NCBI GenBank assembly: GCA_964016885.1
Contig: OZ024749.1
Coordinates: forward strand, 45,074,001-45,138,000
Length of the DNA: 64,000 nucleotides
Source of the DNA: Eledone cirrhosa
Lineage: Eukaryota
Direction: 5' to 3'
In this document: positions 27,636-42,445 of the stretch, piece after piece
Layout of the letters: every line of letters starts with the position of its first letter
How positions within the stretch are numbered: position 1 is the first letter of the stretch
Notes under the pieces: model-generated
The model's database searches: none
What the model saw: only the letters and a program-made list of their open reading frames with translations
What the model was told of the DNA's origin: nothing
Program-made: the position numbers and the translations under genes

Positions 27636-28471
27636 TGTGTGTGTGTGTGTGTGTATGCTTGCATGTGTGAGTGGGTCGATGTATGTTTGTTTGCGTGTGT
27701 ATGTGTGTGAGTGCATTTGTGAGTGGTTGGGTGTATGTATGTTTATGTGTGTGTCTGAGTGTGTGTGTTTGTGATTGTGTATGTGTGTGTGTGTTTCTAG
27801 ATGCATGTGTTATTCAGTGAGTGTGCGTGTGTGGGGGTTTCTGTGTGTGTTTGTGTGTGTTTATGTATAGATGCATATGTGTGTTTTGGTATATGTGTGT
27901 GTGTATGTGTGTCCTTCCATGTCTGAGGGGGTGAATGTGTGTGTGTGTGTGTGTGTATGTGTGTGTGTGTGTGTGCAGGTGGGTGTGTATGTGTGCGTGC
28001 GTGTCTTTGGAGATGTATGTTATAATTCAGTAGAACATCTTATCTACATGGCTGAAGGATTACATATACAATAACAAAAATGAAGAAAGAAAAAAGGGAA
28101 AGAAAATGAAAAATGAAACAACGAAAAACAGATACAAAGAAAGAAAGAAAGGCAGAAAGAAACAAAGAATGAAAGAAAGAAGACAGAAAGAATGAAAGGA
28201 AGGAAAGAAATAAACAAACGAGGAAAAGCACAATGGGTCTGAATGGGTGAATGAAGGGGTAAATAGTGTTGGATAGTGAAATAAATGAAGAGAATGAGCC
28301 ACATCCAATATGTATAGACATACATGTATATATATATATACGTATATACATGTATATATATATACGTATATACATGTATAAACATTTAAAACATATAGCT
28401 ACATATATAGATGTCCTCATATTCTTTATGTCTATATAAGTTAATGATACTTTCTTCAGAAACAAAAATTC

Positions 28472-28518
<47 letters not shown>

Positions 28519-28676
28519 GTATGTAGATAGTTTAGATCAAAAATTAATTTTGGAAAGCATAAGAAATGCGCAACCGGTAAAAACTTAAAACTAAAACTGA
28601 ATACTAACTAATACTTATTCTTAATTTAACTATTTTCCACTGAGAAAAATTTGTCAGCATTTTCTTTTCCTTTTTA

Positions 28677-28730
<54 letters not shown>

Positions 28731-28813
28731 CATATATATACAAAGATATATATAGATTTTACCGACAAGTTATTGTAGGTTCACACTATATATTATAGTC
28801 TGTATGTGAAGAC

Positions 28814-28930
28814 GCAATCGAGAAGTTGTGAGTTCGATTCTTGAGCAAGAAACTTTATTTCGTGTTGCTTCTCTCAGCAGTAGAAATGAGTTGTAACGTC
28901 GCTGGTGCAATTGCCTTTCTCTTGCATCGG
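28814..28930 (+). mobile_element. CORE-type SINE fragment
   Basis: gcaatcgagaagttgtgagttcgattcttgagcaagaaactttatttcgtgttgct aligns to 10722-10802 with an internal deletion. Confidence 0.65.
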
Positions 28931-29901
28931 AAAGGCCTAAGACTTACACTCCCCAAGATTATTATAGAGCTATCATCGAGCCTCATGTATGTGTTCTAAT
29001 ATTGATCCAGCAATTATATATAAGACAACCGACTTTGTTTATTTAGTGATATTAGATAACATGTTTCTGATCGTCTCTGGCCGAGAAAAGATTGCTAAAT
29101 CATGATTAGTACACTTTAGATCATATCTCTGATTCATAAAGCTGATGTAAGTGTGTCATAAAATAATATAAAATGACAATTTGCAGAACCTTTTAATATT
29201 TCATACAACCAGAAACCGGTATACAATGTTGAAGCTAATAATAAAAAAAATGTTTTAAAATATACACTAAAAAAATATCTCCTAAAAAAATAAACTGACG
29301 ACTGTGACAGAAGTGTTTGATCCACCTACTAGATGCATCCGCTTTATCATGCATCAAATCAATCATTATAATCTGCTTTCCTTAAAGATATCTAACATAA
29401 AAAACAACTGAACAAGAATTTGTTACGGCTGAACTGCCTCTGATCATGGGTGTGCCCAATCACTGTCAATCTGTGCCTCTACAATAGGAGCAATAAAAAT
29501 ATTCATATGGAAAATACCTGCACTAAACCACCATGCAACAGGGTGTACACTACTATTACATAAGCATATTTGTGTTTGAAACTGCACGAAATAGTTGCCA
29601 AATATCCGTCGAAAATACCTCTTACAATTTAAAACCGAGAGTATCATTTACAATGTAAAGCTTACATGATTCAAAATTTGTTCTGAGGCTTCACTATATT
29701 TTCTCCATTTTGCACATTCGTTCAAGTGATATGATCCTCATAAACAAACAAGGAAACTCAAATATATGCATTGAGTATCCTTTCTCTTGTTTGTATAATT
29801 TGATACATTTATATCTGCACGTGTTATATATTATACTATATTATTCAGTGTGTAGATATGTACCGACATATTGTGTATACACACAAGTTAAACATATAAT
29901 A

Positions 29902-30092
29902 GCTCTTTCTATTTTTGGCACAAGGCCATCAATTAGCTCAGTGCATTACTGGTATTTTATTTCATCGAACTCGTAAGAATGAAAGGCAAAGTTAACCTCG
30001 GCAGGATTTGAACTCAGATCATAAAGGGCCGTAACTCAATGCTGCAAAGCATGGCGTTCGACCCTCTACTGATTCTGCCAAGCCAACGCCCT
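29902..30092 (-). mobile_element. Nin/Deu-type SINE with 17-bp TSD
   Basis: Reverse-complement consensus; aagttaaacatataata on both sides. Confidence 0.88.
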
Positions 30093-31024
30093 AAGTTAAA
30101 CATATAATAACGAACGAATTTTATAGAATTTATTACTCTTTTTCTCACACAGATTGCTAGAATGATCAGCTAGGTGATCTACCGTATGACTAAAAAGATT
30201 TTTCTACATGTAAGCATATAGAAAGGTCGTCAGGTTTCAAAACATCTTCTTTCAAGTAAAAATTATTCATCTACCTAACACAACTATATACCAACAGACA
30301 GCGATTAGGCAGGCAGAAAGACAGACATACAGATATATAGATAGTTAGATAGATAGACAGACACATAGATAGATAGATGGATGGATGGATAGAGAGATAA
30401 AACAGATAGACAAACAGATAGATAATTAGATAGAAAATAATTGTTCCCGTCATACGCTCTCCCATCGCATACATTCCCTCTCTTTCTCATAAATCACTCC
30501 AACTGATTTTACAAAATATAAATATATATATCATCCATAGCAGGGCATCCTACCTGAAGAATTAATATATACTGACATTTCATTCTTTTTTGCATCTTCC
30601 AGACGCTTATAATTAACACTATATCGGTAACTATGTTTTATAGTAAAGATTCACAGAAACTCTAATACAACATCGGCTGAAGAAGTGATTAGCCACAAAA
30701 GCATTATTATTCTCCACATACCTTGAGCTAAACATACAGATTATATATCGATAGATATATGATGTAGATATATTCCACTCTTATTTTTCTTGTATATTTA
30801 TTTTCGATTCATATAAATATTATAAAAATAACTAATTTTTAATTAGTTATGCCTTATGGGGTTCACGAGCCCAGTTACCACAGAAAGACACAGAGGCCCA
30901 CACGCACGCAAACACATATACATACAAGTATATATACATTTAACTGGGAAATTGTTATTTATATGGTGTGTATTTGGCTAATTTGGGCTTGTTGTAGTTA
31001 GATGTTGGCTAAGGTTGTTTAAAG

Positions 31025-31095
<71 letters not shown>

Positions 31096-31333
31096 ATGTG
31101 TGTGTGTTGTGTGTTTATATATATATATATATATATATAAATATGTGTGTGTGTTTATATATATATATATATATATAAATATGTGTGTGTGTTTATATAT
31201 ATATATATATATATTTGATATGATTAGTTTGTATGAACTAATGACAGATTGATAGATACGTTCATGGAAGTAATTTGTGAAAACATGATAATTTATATAA
31301 CTACATTTGCCTTAAGCTAAGGGTGTTATCTAT

Positions 31334-31379
<46 letters not shown>

Positions 31380-33900
31380 ATATTATATATATATATACAT
31401 ATATATATATATACATATATATGGTATAGCTAGAAATGTTTGCTTTTATACAACTAAAATTCGCCTTCGGTAAAATGAGTATACTGTTTATTTATTTCTC
31501 CGCGTGCAAACACATACAAAAACCTACACACACGCACGCACGCACACACACACACGCACGCCCCCACAGACGCCCCCCCCCCCCCCCACACACACACATA
31601 CACACACACACACACACACATAGGAGTGTTTAAAAGACCATATTACATACATTCATATTGAATGTGTCTACACATGCTTCCTTGTAGTGCGCGCTTGCGC
31701 GCGCGCGCGTGTGTGTGTGTGTGTATATGAGTGTGTACAGTGAAAAGGCAACACAGGTAGACCGATAGTCACTTGGGTAAATTGATATATAAATGGATGG
31801 AAGGATGAAGGATTGGATGGATGAATATAGATATTTGATTTCTTTCATCGATTGCTTGCTCAATTGATTGATAGTTCTTATATATTTTGGCATATATTTT
31901 TTAGGTATCTGCAACGTGATCAAATTCGAAGAGGCCAATTTCGCAAAGATTGCCACAGCTGAGATCAACCGTTTTTGAGTATCGTCTCTTTACAACCTTT
32001 CTATCGTCATCGTCGTTCCAGTAGTTTCATTTCGCTCTGGTTTTCTCTAGGAAAGGCATCATTTCAACCTTCACCCATACCACATCTGTCTCATCAATAA
32101 ATCTAGTTCTCCGTACCCAATTAAGAAATTACCATTTCAATACAAAGATGAATAATTATAACTAAAGCAATAAACATATTTTTTTTTCTCATATTTTCCT
32201 TCATTTCTTTTTATTTTTATTTTTCTTTCGCCAACTCGAAGAGCAAATATTTAGAGAAACTCGGTAGCTATATTGTGTTAGCATATTTCAATATATTATT
32301 GGAGTCTTTTTGCTGTTTTGTTTTGTTTTTATTCGCGTATCTATTTATTATATATTTCTAATATCCGGTCTGTCATTGTGCGTGTCATACACATAACAAA
32401 CGAGACAAATACAAAATATTTTTTTTCGCTTGTATTTTATTTTATTCTGATTTATTTGCTATTATCAAGAACGATGGATGGCAAAATTAGTAGCAAGACG
32501 GGAAAATGGCTATGTAGTTGTTAGATACAGTTATTTACATTCTGAGTTCAAATTACGCCCAGCTATTTACACATTACATCCAGATTCAATCGAATCATAC
32601 GGCTCTCCTGATCCCCCTGTTATCCTTCCTATATCCCAACAATAACGAATGGTTTAACCCCCCTCAAATATCACTTTTCTTAGAATATGACATGTGAGAC
32701 AATATACATATAGTGTCCCTGAACATAGGCAACAGATGAGAGAATCCTAACTCGAATGTTATTAATTACACCTCTGCTCATTCAAAGCTGACCTGAGTTC
32801 TGACAAGACTCTCCTAAATAAATTTAAATCATTCAGGCCCCTACACTAAACGCTCCACATTCTCCAACTGCATTACAACCCGCTTGATTTACCTAATATA
32901 GAATTCTCCCATCCAAACTTTTCCTATCCAGAATTTACCCTAATTCACACTTTGTACCATAGTACACAAGTGGCGCATCAACAGCAACGGTTTAACCAGT
33001 AAGATAACAGAAGAGCTGTGCTAATAAGGTCATGTGTACTCTCTCTACTCCACAGAATTCGTTATAAAATTATTTAAAATGACTGATGCTACATATAATT
33101 TTATAACACTTCGATCAATATCATTGAAAAATATATATACATTAAATAGTCTCATTTTTTTCATTTGCTATAAATCATTGTCTTCTTCGAAAACAGGAAA
33201 TCAATATAACATTAAATTCTTTAAATTAGATTTTTTTTAAATCTATCTACGACTCAACATAGTATATATCGTTATATCGTAGCAATTATTTATTTATTTC
33301 CCTTGCTTGCTTTTACAATGTTGCTACTGTCCTGCAAATATCCCTTGACAATTACATTCGTTTAAGTCTGAAAGAAAAAAGAAAAGAAACAGGGATACTA
33401 CAACACTCTTATACCTAACCACACTTAAAAAGCTGTTTTCTATACTACAGTTTGTTTTAGGCATCAAATATGAATATAAAGAAAAGAAAACACAGGATTA
33501 TTATGTCCACCTTTCATAATATATCTTTCTGCTTGACGAGGATTGACATATAGCCTTTTTGACAACAAGACCAGCAACCATTTATTTGTTTCTCTTTAGA
33601 TAATATTTTATCTGAGTGCTTTGAATTCGCAGAAAATGTATACTACCAGATTAAATGGAGTTTATTGTTTAGATCTAGTTATCGAATGGTATCAGTTCAA
33701 ATCCTGGTGAAGTCAAATTATACTTATATCTTCTTCTGGTCTAAGAAAAAAACATCAGTTATTTACTGGGTGAATTGCATTGCAAAAAGGTTGCCTTTAC
33801 GCATTCCTGCCTCTGTTACTGTATACGTCTTCTTTTATTTTTCTCAGTACTGTACTACACATCGATATATCATTTTAATGAATCGGCTAAACATAGAAAT

Positions 33901-33990
33901 CACGAGCTGGAACGACTCTCCCTGCGCGTCTCCCTCACCATCCTTCGGAGAAATGTTTTCTCTACTCTGTCCGCCGGGGCCGCGGGGTGA
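33901..33990 (+). mobile_element. Second CRE-like retrotransposon 3' fragment
   Basis: HELERLSLRVSLTILRRNVFSTLSAG aligns with RELEWLFQRISLTILRGHAFSILSTG of the 13.8-kb fragment, and also aligns at DNA level. Confidence 0.7.
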
Positions 33991-34324
33991 CAATTCGTGG
34001 GTCCCCATTTTCTCATAATAGTGAGAGAGATGGGGAGAGCCGAAGAGACGGAGGCAATGGCAGCGGGAGTTTGGTTCATTTGTGATCGGATCTTGCGTCT
34101 ATGTATGTTTCACGGCCTCTCTCTTCACACATACAGACTCTTACAACCACATCATATGTATTAATATACAACTTTACTATCTGCTGAATCTCAATCAAAT
34201 AAGTAAAGAACACATTGCATAATACAGTCGCACACATTTCCTCAACTTAGGAGAAGGTCACAATTGGAATTTATTTGATCATCGGTCTCGATCAGAGTGG
34301 ACTTAGCTAGATGAGATTCTAGCT

Positions 34325-34839
34325 GAGAGGTTCTCAAAGTGGGCGCTACTGCCCCCCGGGGAGTGTTGAGAATGTCCAGAGGGCGCCGAGGCCTCAGAGG
34401 ACAGCGGGTGTTCGGTAGAGATGATATAATATATTAAATATCAAATGATAAATATCATATATGAATATATGGTGGTTGATTGTCAGTATCGGTAGAAGGT
34501 CGGACGCCATGCTTTGCAGCATAGAGTTACATCCCTTTACAGTCTGAGTTCAATTCCTGCCGAGGTCAACTTTGCCTCTCATCCTTACGGGGTCGATGAA
34601 ATAAAGTACCAGTAATGCACTGGGTAATTGCTGGCCTTGTGCCAAATGTAGAAACAATTATATATAAAAATAGTATAGTATTTATTTATATATAGTATAT
34701 ATTATATTATTTATCATATATAATTTAATGATTTTATTTATTATTTATTATTTACAATTTGTGTGTAGACAGGTCTTTCTGGAAATAGGGTTGAGTGGCC
34801 ATGAGGGAAGGGTAGCCCAAAAAGGTTTGAGAACCTCTG
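34325..34839. mobile_element. hAT-type MITE interrupted by a SINE
   Basis: TIR gagaggttctcaaa / tttgagaacctctg; 8-bp TSD ttctagct / gtctagct. Confidence 0.8.
34471..34660 (+). mobile_element. Nin/Deu-type SINE nested in the hAT MITE
   Basis: Full-length consensus match. Confidence 0.9.
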
Positions 34840-35390
34840 GTCTAGCTAAACAACAACACTATTTTCATACTGTAAATCTCTTAAGTCATCATTGATACTC
34901 CCTTTACCTTACTTCCCCCTCCCTAAGCCCTTTACATTTTACGTCTCTAAGTCAACCAGTTTCATTCGTTAAAACAATATCTCCCCCCCCCCCCCTCATC
35001 TCATCATAGCCATCTGTTTAATTTTTTGGTTCTTTACGTTTATTTTATTATTTTATTTTTTTATTTTGCTCCTCTTTCTCTCTACCTCTGCTCTTCCACC
35101 TCTTTCAGTGCTACCTCCCCTTCCCAAAATTTCTGATCTTGATTAGGGTAATAGTTTCGGCGTATGACAGTATAATACCTTAATCACCACACAACCATCT
35201 CTGCGGTCGAACTTAGGGAAGAATTTTATAAAAAACGAAATGTAGAAAAAGATACAGAGCCTAAAAAACAATAAATAACGGAGGCATATTTTAACCCCCC
35301 CCCTCCATTTCTCTCTCTCTTCTTCTCTGTATCTCTTTCTCTCTCTCGCTTTCTCTCTCTCACTTTCTCTCTATCTATCTATCTATATGC

Positions 35391-35426
<36 letters not shown>

Positions 35427-35440
35427 ATATATATATATAT

Positions 35441-35581
35441 ATAACGAAGGAAATGTGGTAAGGAACCAGGTGGACCATAACGCACCAAAGTACTCAATAC
35501 TTAGGGTAGTAAAGTGGGTAATAGGAACGAGTAGGACCCCGTCGAAACAGCTTGAGCTCTGCCGTCGGGGTCCTACTCGTT

Positions 35582-35586
<5 letters not shown>
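35441..35586 (-). mobile_element. Family A copy with a partly collapsed palindrome
   Basis: ataggaacgagtaggacccc pairs with ggggtcctactcgttcctat; the rest of the left arm is missing. Confidence 0.8.
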
Positions 35587-35673
<87 letters not shown>

Positions 35674-36194
35674 AGTGTGTTTATGGGTGGGTGGGTTGAA
35701 TATGGGCATATTTCATATATATGTGTATGTGAGTATGTGTGGGGGTGTTTGTCTGTGAGTCTGTAAGTATATGTGTATGTGAGTATGTGTTTACGTGCCT
35801 CAGTGTGCGTGCGTGCATGTCTGCATGATATCACGTTTATAGTATCAGAGTCCCATCACCCCAACTAAATAGGTTTTGATGAGGCTATTTAAGTCCATCG
35901 CAGTGGTTTACTGGATTACACTTCATTAATTTTCAGAATCTCTTTTCCTTGTTGTTGTTGTTCTTATTGCAGTTGTTTCATGTATTTTTTTTTATTGTTG
36001 TTAATGTTGTTATTTTTGTTGTTTTTTTTCTGCTTGTTGTTGACATAGTGATTGCTGATATATTTCTCTGTTGTTCTTCGTTATTAATTTTGTTATTGGG
36101 TGTTAGCCCACTGCTCAGTGTTTGCTGAAAGGCGTTACTACCGCGCCCATCTCACCTTATTTTCTGAGACACATCATTATTATTAGAATCAGTA

Positions 36195-36622
36195 GGGCGG
36201 TGGATTGGCAGTATCGGTAGAGGGTCGGACGCCATGTTTTGCAGCATAGAGATACGGCCTTTTATGATCTGAGTTCAAATCCCGCCGAGGTTAACTTTTC
36301 CTTTCATCCTTAAGGGGTCGATAAAATAAAGTACCAGTAACACACTGGGGTTGATTTAATCGACTTTCCCCTCTCCCAAAATTGCTGGCCTTGTGCCTAT
36401 ATAAGAAACCATTATTATTAGAATCAGTAGCGGCGGTGGATTGGCAGTATCTGTAGAGGGTTGGACGCCATGCTTTGACGCATAGAGTTACGTCCCTTGC
36501 CATTCTGAGTTCAAATCCTGCCGAGGTTAACTTTGCCTTTCATTCTTACGGGGTCGATACAATAAAGTACCAGTAATGCCCTGGGTAATTGCTGTCCTTG
36601 TGCCAAAAGTAAAAACAATTAT
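36195..36622 (+). mobile_element. Two tandem Nin/Deu-type SINEs (36195-36410 long form; 36433-36622 short form)
   Basis: Two consensus matches; ttattagaatcagtag occurs before, between and after them. Confidence 0.9.
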
Positions 36623-36828
36623 TAGAATCAGTAGCCAAATTTCATTCAAGTGACACCTTATAAAAGACGGTTTGACTTATGTGGGCCTCTGGTAACTACA
36701 CATAGGATATCGACAGGATGTTCACGACTAGATCTCTTTTGCTCAAAGGCGCCTGTTCGATCACAGCGACAACTGCACCTTCAGTATATCGTCTATATTT
36801 TGTAGACAATCTTGTTTGTCGTTTAGAA

Positions 36829-37036
36829 CAGGCATGTCAAACTGAGGGTCCCCTAGTGCCACATGGTCCACATATGAGGGCCACACACAACAACTAATTG
36901 CGCACATAAAAACATTTTTTTTCTTTTATATTACGAAGATAAAATATTCACGCGCTGGAAAAAACCTTTGTGTGGGCCGTAGGTGTACTTGCAAAGGGCC
37001 TCATGCAGCCCACGGGCCGCATGTTTGACATGACTT
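36829..37036 (+). mobile_element. hAT-type MITE
   Basis: TIR caggcatgtcaaac / gtttgacatgactt; perfect 8-bp TSD gtttagaa (36821-36828, 37037-37044). Confidence 0.9.
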
Positions 37037-37947
37037 GTTTAGAAGATATATGACTGTTATTTCTAGCTGAAGAAGAATCACATAGAAACCCCATCATTCA
37101 TGTAATTTTTTTTTTTTTAATATATATAAGGGATTCCAAAGGTAATCATTCCATGTTTCCTTCATGCGTTGTATATCAAATATTAGGCTTGTCCATTTCA
37201 ATCTTAGCTATCAGTTTTATAATGCGATAGGGAGTGATATATAGGAAATATAGTTGTTATTTCTAGTGAGTATAATGACCACATATATACTCCCATTATG
37301 GCCTGGTTGCTGAGTTTTTTGTTTTTGTTGCTAGCGTCGTCGTCCTCGTTATTATGGCTGATGTTGTTATTGCTGATTTAGCTGCTTTGGCAAGAAGATA
37401 AAAGCAAGACAAAATAAATACATAAATAAATAACAAAATAAAAAAAAACATACGTTATCTCATAGCAGCCGCGAAATTTATAGTCTCTTGCATGTTACCC
37501 GCTGGATTAAAAGGAGGATTATAGGATTATGTCGTCTTCATAGATCACCGTTAAGCCTTTTTAATGCTGTTTCATGCCCTATCATATAAACGTTTGCATA
37601 AACAGCATAATTCTAACATTATTACTCCGCATAGAATCCTGTCCATGTATATATAATTGACAGTTATTTATACGAGTCGTCGAAATCTCATTGATATTGA
37701 GTTGATAGCTGATGAAGGGGTTTTCCTTGATAACGTCTTTTTGGGGCGCGGGGGGGGGGGGGTGACTCTGTTATTTATTTATATATTTATTCATTTGTTT
37801 TGTTTTGTTGGTTTTTCTTTACAAATGATAGGAATTTGAAATGAAAATATGACAGGTAACACAGCAAAATATCAAAGCTATGATAATTTCTGTTGTTTTA
37901 ACAACTCATTATCTTACGCAATGTATGTTACACATCCATTTATTTTA

Positions 37948-38150
37948 GATTTGGCAGTACCGATAGAGCGTCGGATAACACGCTTTGCAGCATAGAGTTG
38001 CGGCCCTTTACCTTCAGAGTTCAAATCCCGCTGAGGTTAGCTTTACCTTTCATCGTTACGGGTTCGATAAATTAAAGTACCAGTAACATACTGGGTCGAT
38101 TTAATCGACTTGTCCCTCCCCAAAAAATGTTGGCCTTGTGAAATCAGAAA
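37948..38150 (+). mobile_element. Nin/Deu-type SINE, long form
   Basis: Consensus match, moderately diverged. Confidence 0.85.
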
Positions 38151-38634
38151 CCCTTATCTTACACATAAATTTAAGTTTAACATATATACATTTTAGGTCA
38201 ATGTTAGCAACTTCAACACACTTGTTATTTAACTACTTGGTTTAACGCTGTGGATTTCTTTAGGTTAAAGTGTTCATATTAAACATTTGCCATAATAATT
38301 TCATGTAAATTGCTCTGTTAATATATGCTCCAAATATTAGCTTAATAACGGGAAAGTTAATTATGCAACTAAATCCATTCTAGGTCTTGATTGTTTTGAA
38401 AATAATTTAGGAATCATAGAGTGGTTAAAATGACTCAGGAAAGGGCTGCAGGGCAGATACTACGAGCAAAAACAACTGGTAAGTAGACCCAGTGGAAAAT
38501 AGCAAGCATGATGGTTAAATAATATCTGTAATCTCGCTTGTCCTGGCCTCATCCAGGCAGATTATTTCAGACAGTTGCTTCTGATATGACCCTTAGGCAG
38601 TCATATCTGAGAACTTTGACCCCACAACCGTCTC

Positions 38635-38775
38635 AAGAAGAAGAAGAAGAAGAAGAAGAAGAAGAACAACAACAACAACAACAACAACCACAACCACAAC
38701 CACAACAACAACAACAACAGCAATAACAACAACAACAATAGCAACAGCAACAACAACAGCAGCAGCACTAACCCT

Positions 38776-38806
<31 letters not shown>

Positions 38807-38935
38807 GCAGCAGCACTAACCCTAACAGCAACAACAAAAACAACAACAACAACAGCAGCAGCACTAACCCTAACAGCAACAACAACAACAACAACAGCAG
38901 CAGCAGCAGCACTAACCCTATCAGCAACAACAACT
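38635..38935. repeat. Compound (GAA)/(CAA)/(CAG) repeat with periodic cactaaccctaa inserts
   Basis: Four higher-order units, each containing ACTAACCCTA. Confidence 0.9.
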
Positions 38936-39436
38936 AGGGATCTTCAAACGAAAAACATTTGACTCCCTGGGGAGGTATTTCAAATCCCAGGAGATGAATG
39001 TTAACCAAGGAAGAATCTTTCGATTATATTAGTCAGGGGAGGAATACACACTGGGAAAGAATTGTATTAGTTGGGTATTTATATTAAATAAAATACAACT
39101 ATAACTAACTATAAGGGCTATCATAAATTAAAAGTTGCAGCTTCAGGAAATTGTTAATTTCTAAACAAAGGCACTATCGAACGCTTTTCGAGAGTTTTGT
39201 CGTTGAAATTCTAGTGAGATGGACTTGTGATGTTCAGGGTCACCGAAGCATCTGACTATTCACTGTTATTTCACAAGAGATATTACCGCAGGTTGAAATG
39301 GCTTATTGCAATACAACTCCCTCAATATTCTCCGGCGAAACGTTTTCTCCATGGTGCCCGCCGGAACCATGTAATGGCTTGCGCCTGGGATTTGTTTTTT
39401 ACGCCGGAGAGCATTCTGCAACATTAGCCACCTGTT

Positions 39437-39469
<33 letters not shown>

Positions 39470-39559
39470 ATATGTAGGTATGTTTGTATGTGTGCATGTA
39501 TGTACGTATTATGTGTAGGTATGTATATATGTATGTATCTACATATGCATGTATATTAC

Positions 39560-39697
39560 ACACCTGATGGAAGATTTTTTTGTCAGTGTGCGAAGAGGAT
39601 CAAGTCTCTAGCAGGCTTGAGAAGCCATATCCGAGCGTCACACACCTGAATCTGACAAGCGATTGCAATACTCTTAGCGTGAGTTTACAGCTTCATA
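39560..39697 (+). mobile_element. 3' end of an RTE-like LINE (terminal C2H2-like finger plus short UTR)
   Basis: FCQCAKRIKSLAGLRSHIRASH-stop; similar to the finger on the minus strand at 53905-53985; adjacent to (TATG)n. Confidence 0.6.
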
Positions 39698-40128
39698 TTA
39701 CACACACTCACTCCTCTAATATGGAAACAAAGTATGCTAGGATGAATTCCCAATAAATCTACTTAGCTGCTGCTATATATCTTACTAATCAATCAGAAAA
39801 AGGCTTGATGGTGAAGACGTTTCATGGATGATTTTAATAGCCGTTTTCATTATTATTTGGGCGGCATTTTGTGTTGCTTGAGAAAAGAATATAGAAAAAG
39901 AAAAAAAAAACAGGCACAAAAAGTAATATAATTAAAATAAACAAATATGATGCTCAATATATAAATAAATATTTAAACAAATAAATAAAGCTTTGTGGAA
40001 TGTCAACAGAGTAGAAACTTAAGCTAAGAGTGACACCCAAATTTTCATTATTTCATTTGTTTGTCTTATAGTTGTCTTATCTTGAAGAAAGATTATATAT
40101 ATATATATATATATATACTTATATATAC

Positions 40129-40162
<34 letters not shown>

Positions 40163-40258
40163 GTGTGTATATATATATATATATTTATTTATACATATAT
40201 GTATACATGGTATATGTATGTTTGCATATGAATATATATATATATATATATACACACA

Positions 40259-40355
<97 letters not shown>

Positions 40356-40377
40356 TATATGTATATATGTATTTATG

Positions 40378-40437
<60 letters not shown>

Positions 40438-40842
40438 TATGTCTATATATATATGTATGTACATATTTACCGGTTCTTATAAAGAACATTAATATTATTA
40501 TTATCATCATCATCATCATCATTATCATCATAGTCACCGCGGTCGTCTTCGCCATCATCATCATTATTATCATCATGATTGCTATTATGCAGAGTAATAC
40601 ACAAGTATTGTGTATGGGTGTGTATATTTATGAAGGTCTTAGAAGTATATGCCACTGTGTATGTAAATATGTATTAAAATGGTTCTGTTTGCTCATTTGA
40701 TTACTCACCTTTCGTTCTTGCTAAGTAAACTTTCCTTATTCAAACAACTATACATATATAGCATTCCTGAATTGGTTTATTTACAAATGTTATATTTACA
40801 GACATACTTAAATACACACATAAATACATACTTATGTATGTA

Positions 40843-40985
<143 letters not shown>

Positions 40986-40991
40986 ATATAA

Positions 40992-41127
<136 letters not shown>

Positions 41128-41167
41128 TGTATGTATATATATATTATACATATATATATTTGTTATA

Positions 41168-41244
<77 letters not shown>

Positions 41245-41249
41245 ATATA

Positions 41250-41315
41250 TTTATTAAAATAACAGATTAAAATTTAAGCAAAGAATCGCTGCTTTCACCC
41301 TTAACGGGATCTTCT
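41250..41315 (-). mobile_element. Family B fragment
   Basis: tttattaaaataacagattaaaatttaagcaaagaatcgctgctttcacccttaacgggatcttct matches 24302-24367. Confidence 0.8.
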
Positions 41316-41579
41316 TCATGATGGTTTATTTACAAATGTTATATTTACAAATGATAATTGATAAAGCACTGTTTATTATTTGGCTCTAAAAATATTATAA
41401 TCATATATGTATAATTTGAATCTAGCGCTTTCATCTTCTTCGAGACTTATGAATATAGTCGTTATTCAAATATCAATCAAACTGGACGTTCCTGTAATGT
41501 AGTTGCGCTTCTCCTTCAGTGAAACTCTTATAATTTACTCTGGTTGAATTTGCTTATAAATATTTTTGTTTATTACTTT

Positions 41580-41650
<71 letters not shown>

Positions 41651-42251
41651 TGTTCGTTTAAATGGGGTTTCCTTCATTCTGGCTTTCGTATTTGTACTTT
41701 TTGAGCTCTGTCTCCTTCTCACGAAGACTTACGAATGTAGCCAATACAATCCAAATTTTAGCTGAGATCAACTATAAAATATATCATATACTTTTGTTAT
41801 TGTGAAATTGCGGATCATTTGTAATTAAGCAGATATTTTCCAGGCATTCACATTCTATATTTCTTCTCATAGCTGGAAGATCTTGATTAGAATGGTATTA
41901 TTAGAAGCCTAGCCCACAAAATACAAGGTTCTTCGTGGGCTTATATGTAGAATTGCATATATAGAAATTTAAAATTCGTGATTAAATGATTTACTGTCAC
42001 CTGTCTACAGTTTCAGTTAAACTCCATTCAGCTCTAAATTTCTATCTTACATAACACGGATTTGTGACTTTACAAACCATAAACTGGGGTCAGTTTCATA
42101 GATTTCTCATTTTTTTTTCTCAGAAAATCAATAATATGTATTGATTTTATTTCATGAGTGAAAATGATTTCATAATTTAAAGAATGGGGTTGGAGAATAT
42201 GAACTGCTTTCGTGATCGATTAATGTCTGCACGGCATGATTTATTTGTATA

Positions 42252-42445
42252 TTTTCATGTCAAATATGCGGCCCGCAGGCCTGCGACCCGCACAAATGTG
42301 TTTACGGCGCGAGCATATTTTATCTGCGTAATATAAAATTTAAAAACGTAGTTGCAATATACGAAAATAGTTGTCGTATGTGACGCTCAGACAGTACATA
42401 TGGGAACCACGTGGCCCTCGGAGGACCCTCAGTTTGACATGCCTG
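42252..42445 (-). mobile_element. hAT-type MITE, same family as 36829-37036
   Basis: catgtcaaatatgcggccc ... gaccctcagtttgacatgcctg. Confidence 0.75.

Noticed and set aside
38755-38925. True interstitial telomere
   Set aside because: Never more than about 1.5 consecutive TTAGGG units.
39560-39649. Host C2H2 zinc-finger gene exon
   Set aside because: Single degenerate finger followed by a stop, beside a microsatellite, with a similar copy at 53.9 kb. It fits an RTE 3' end better.
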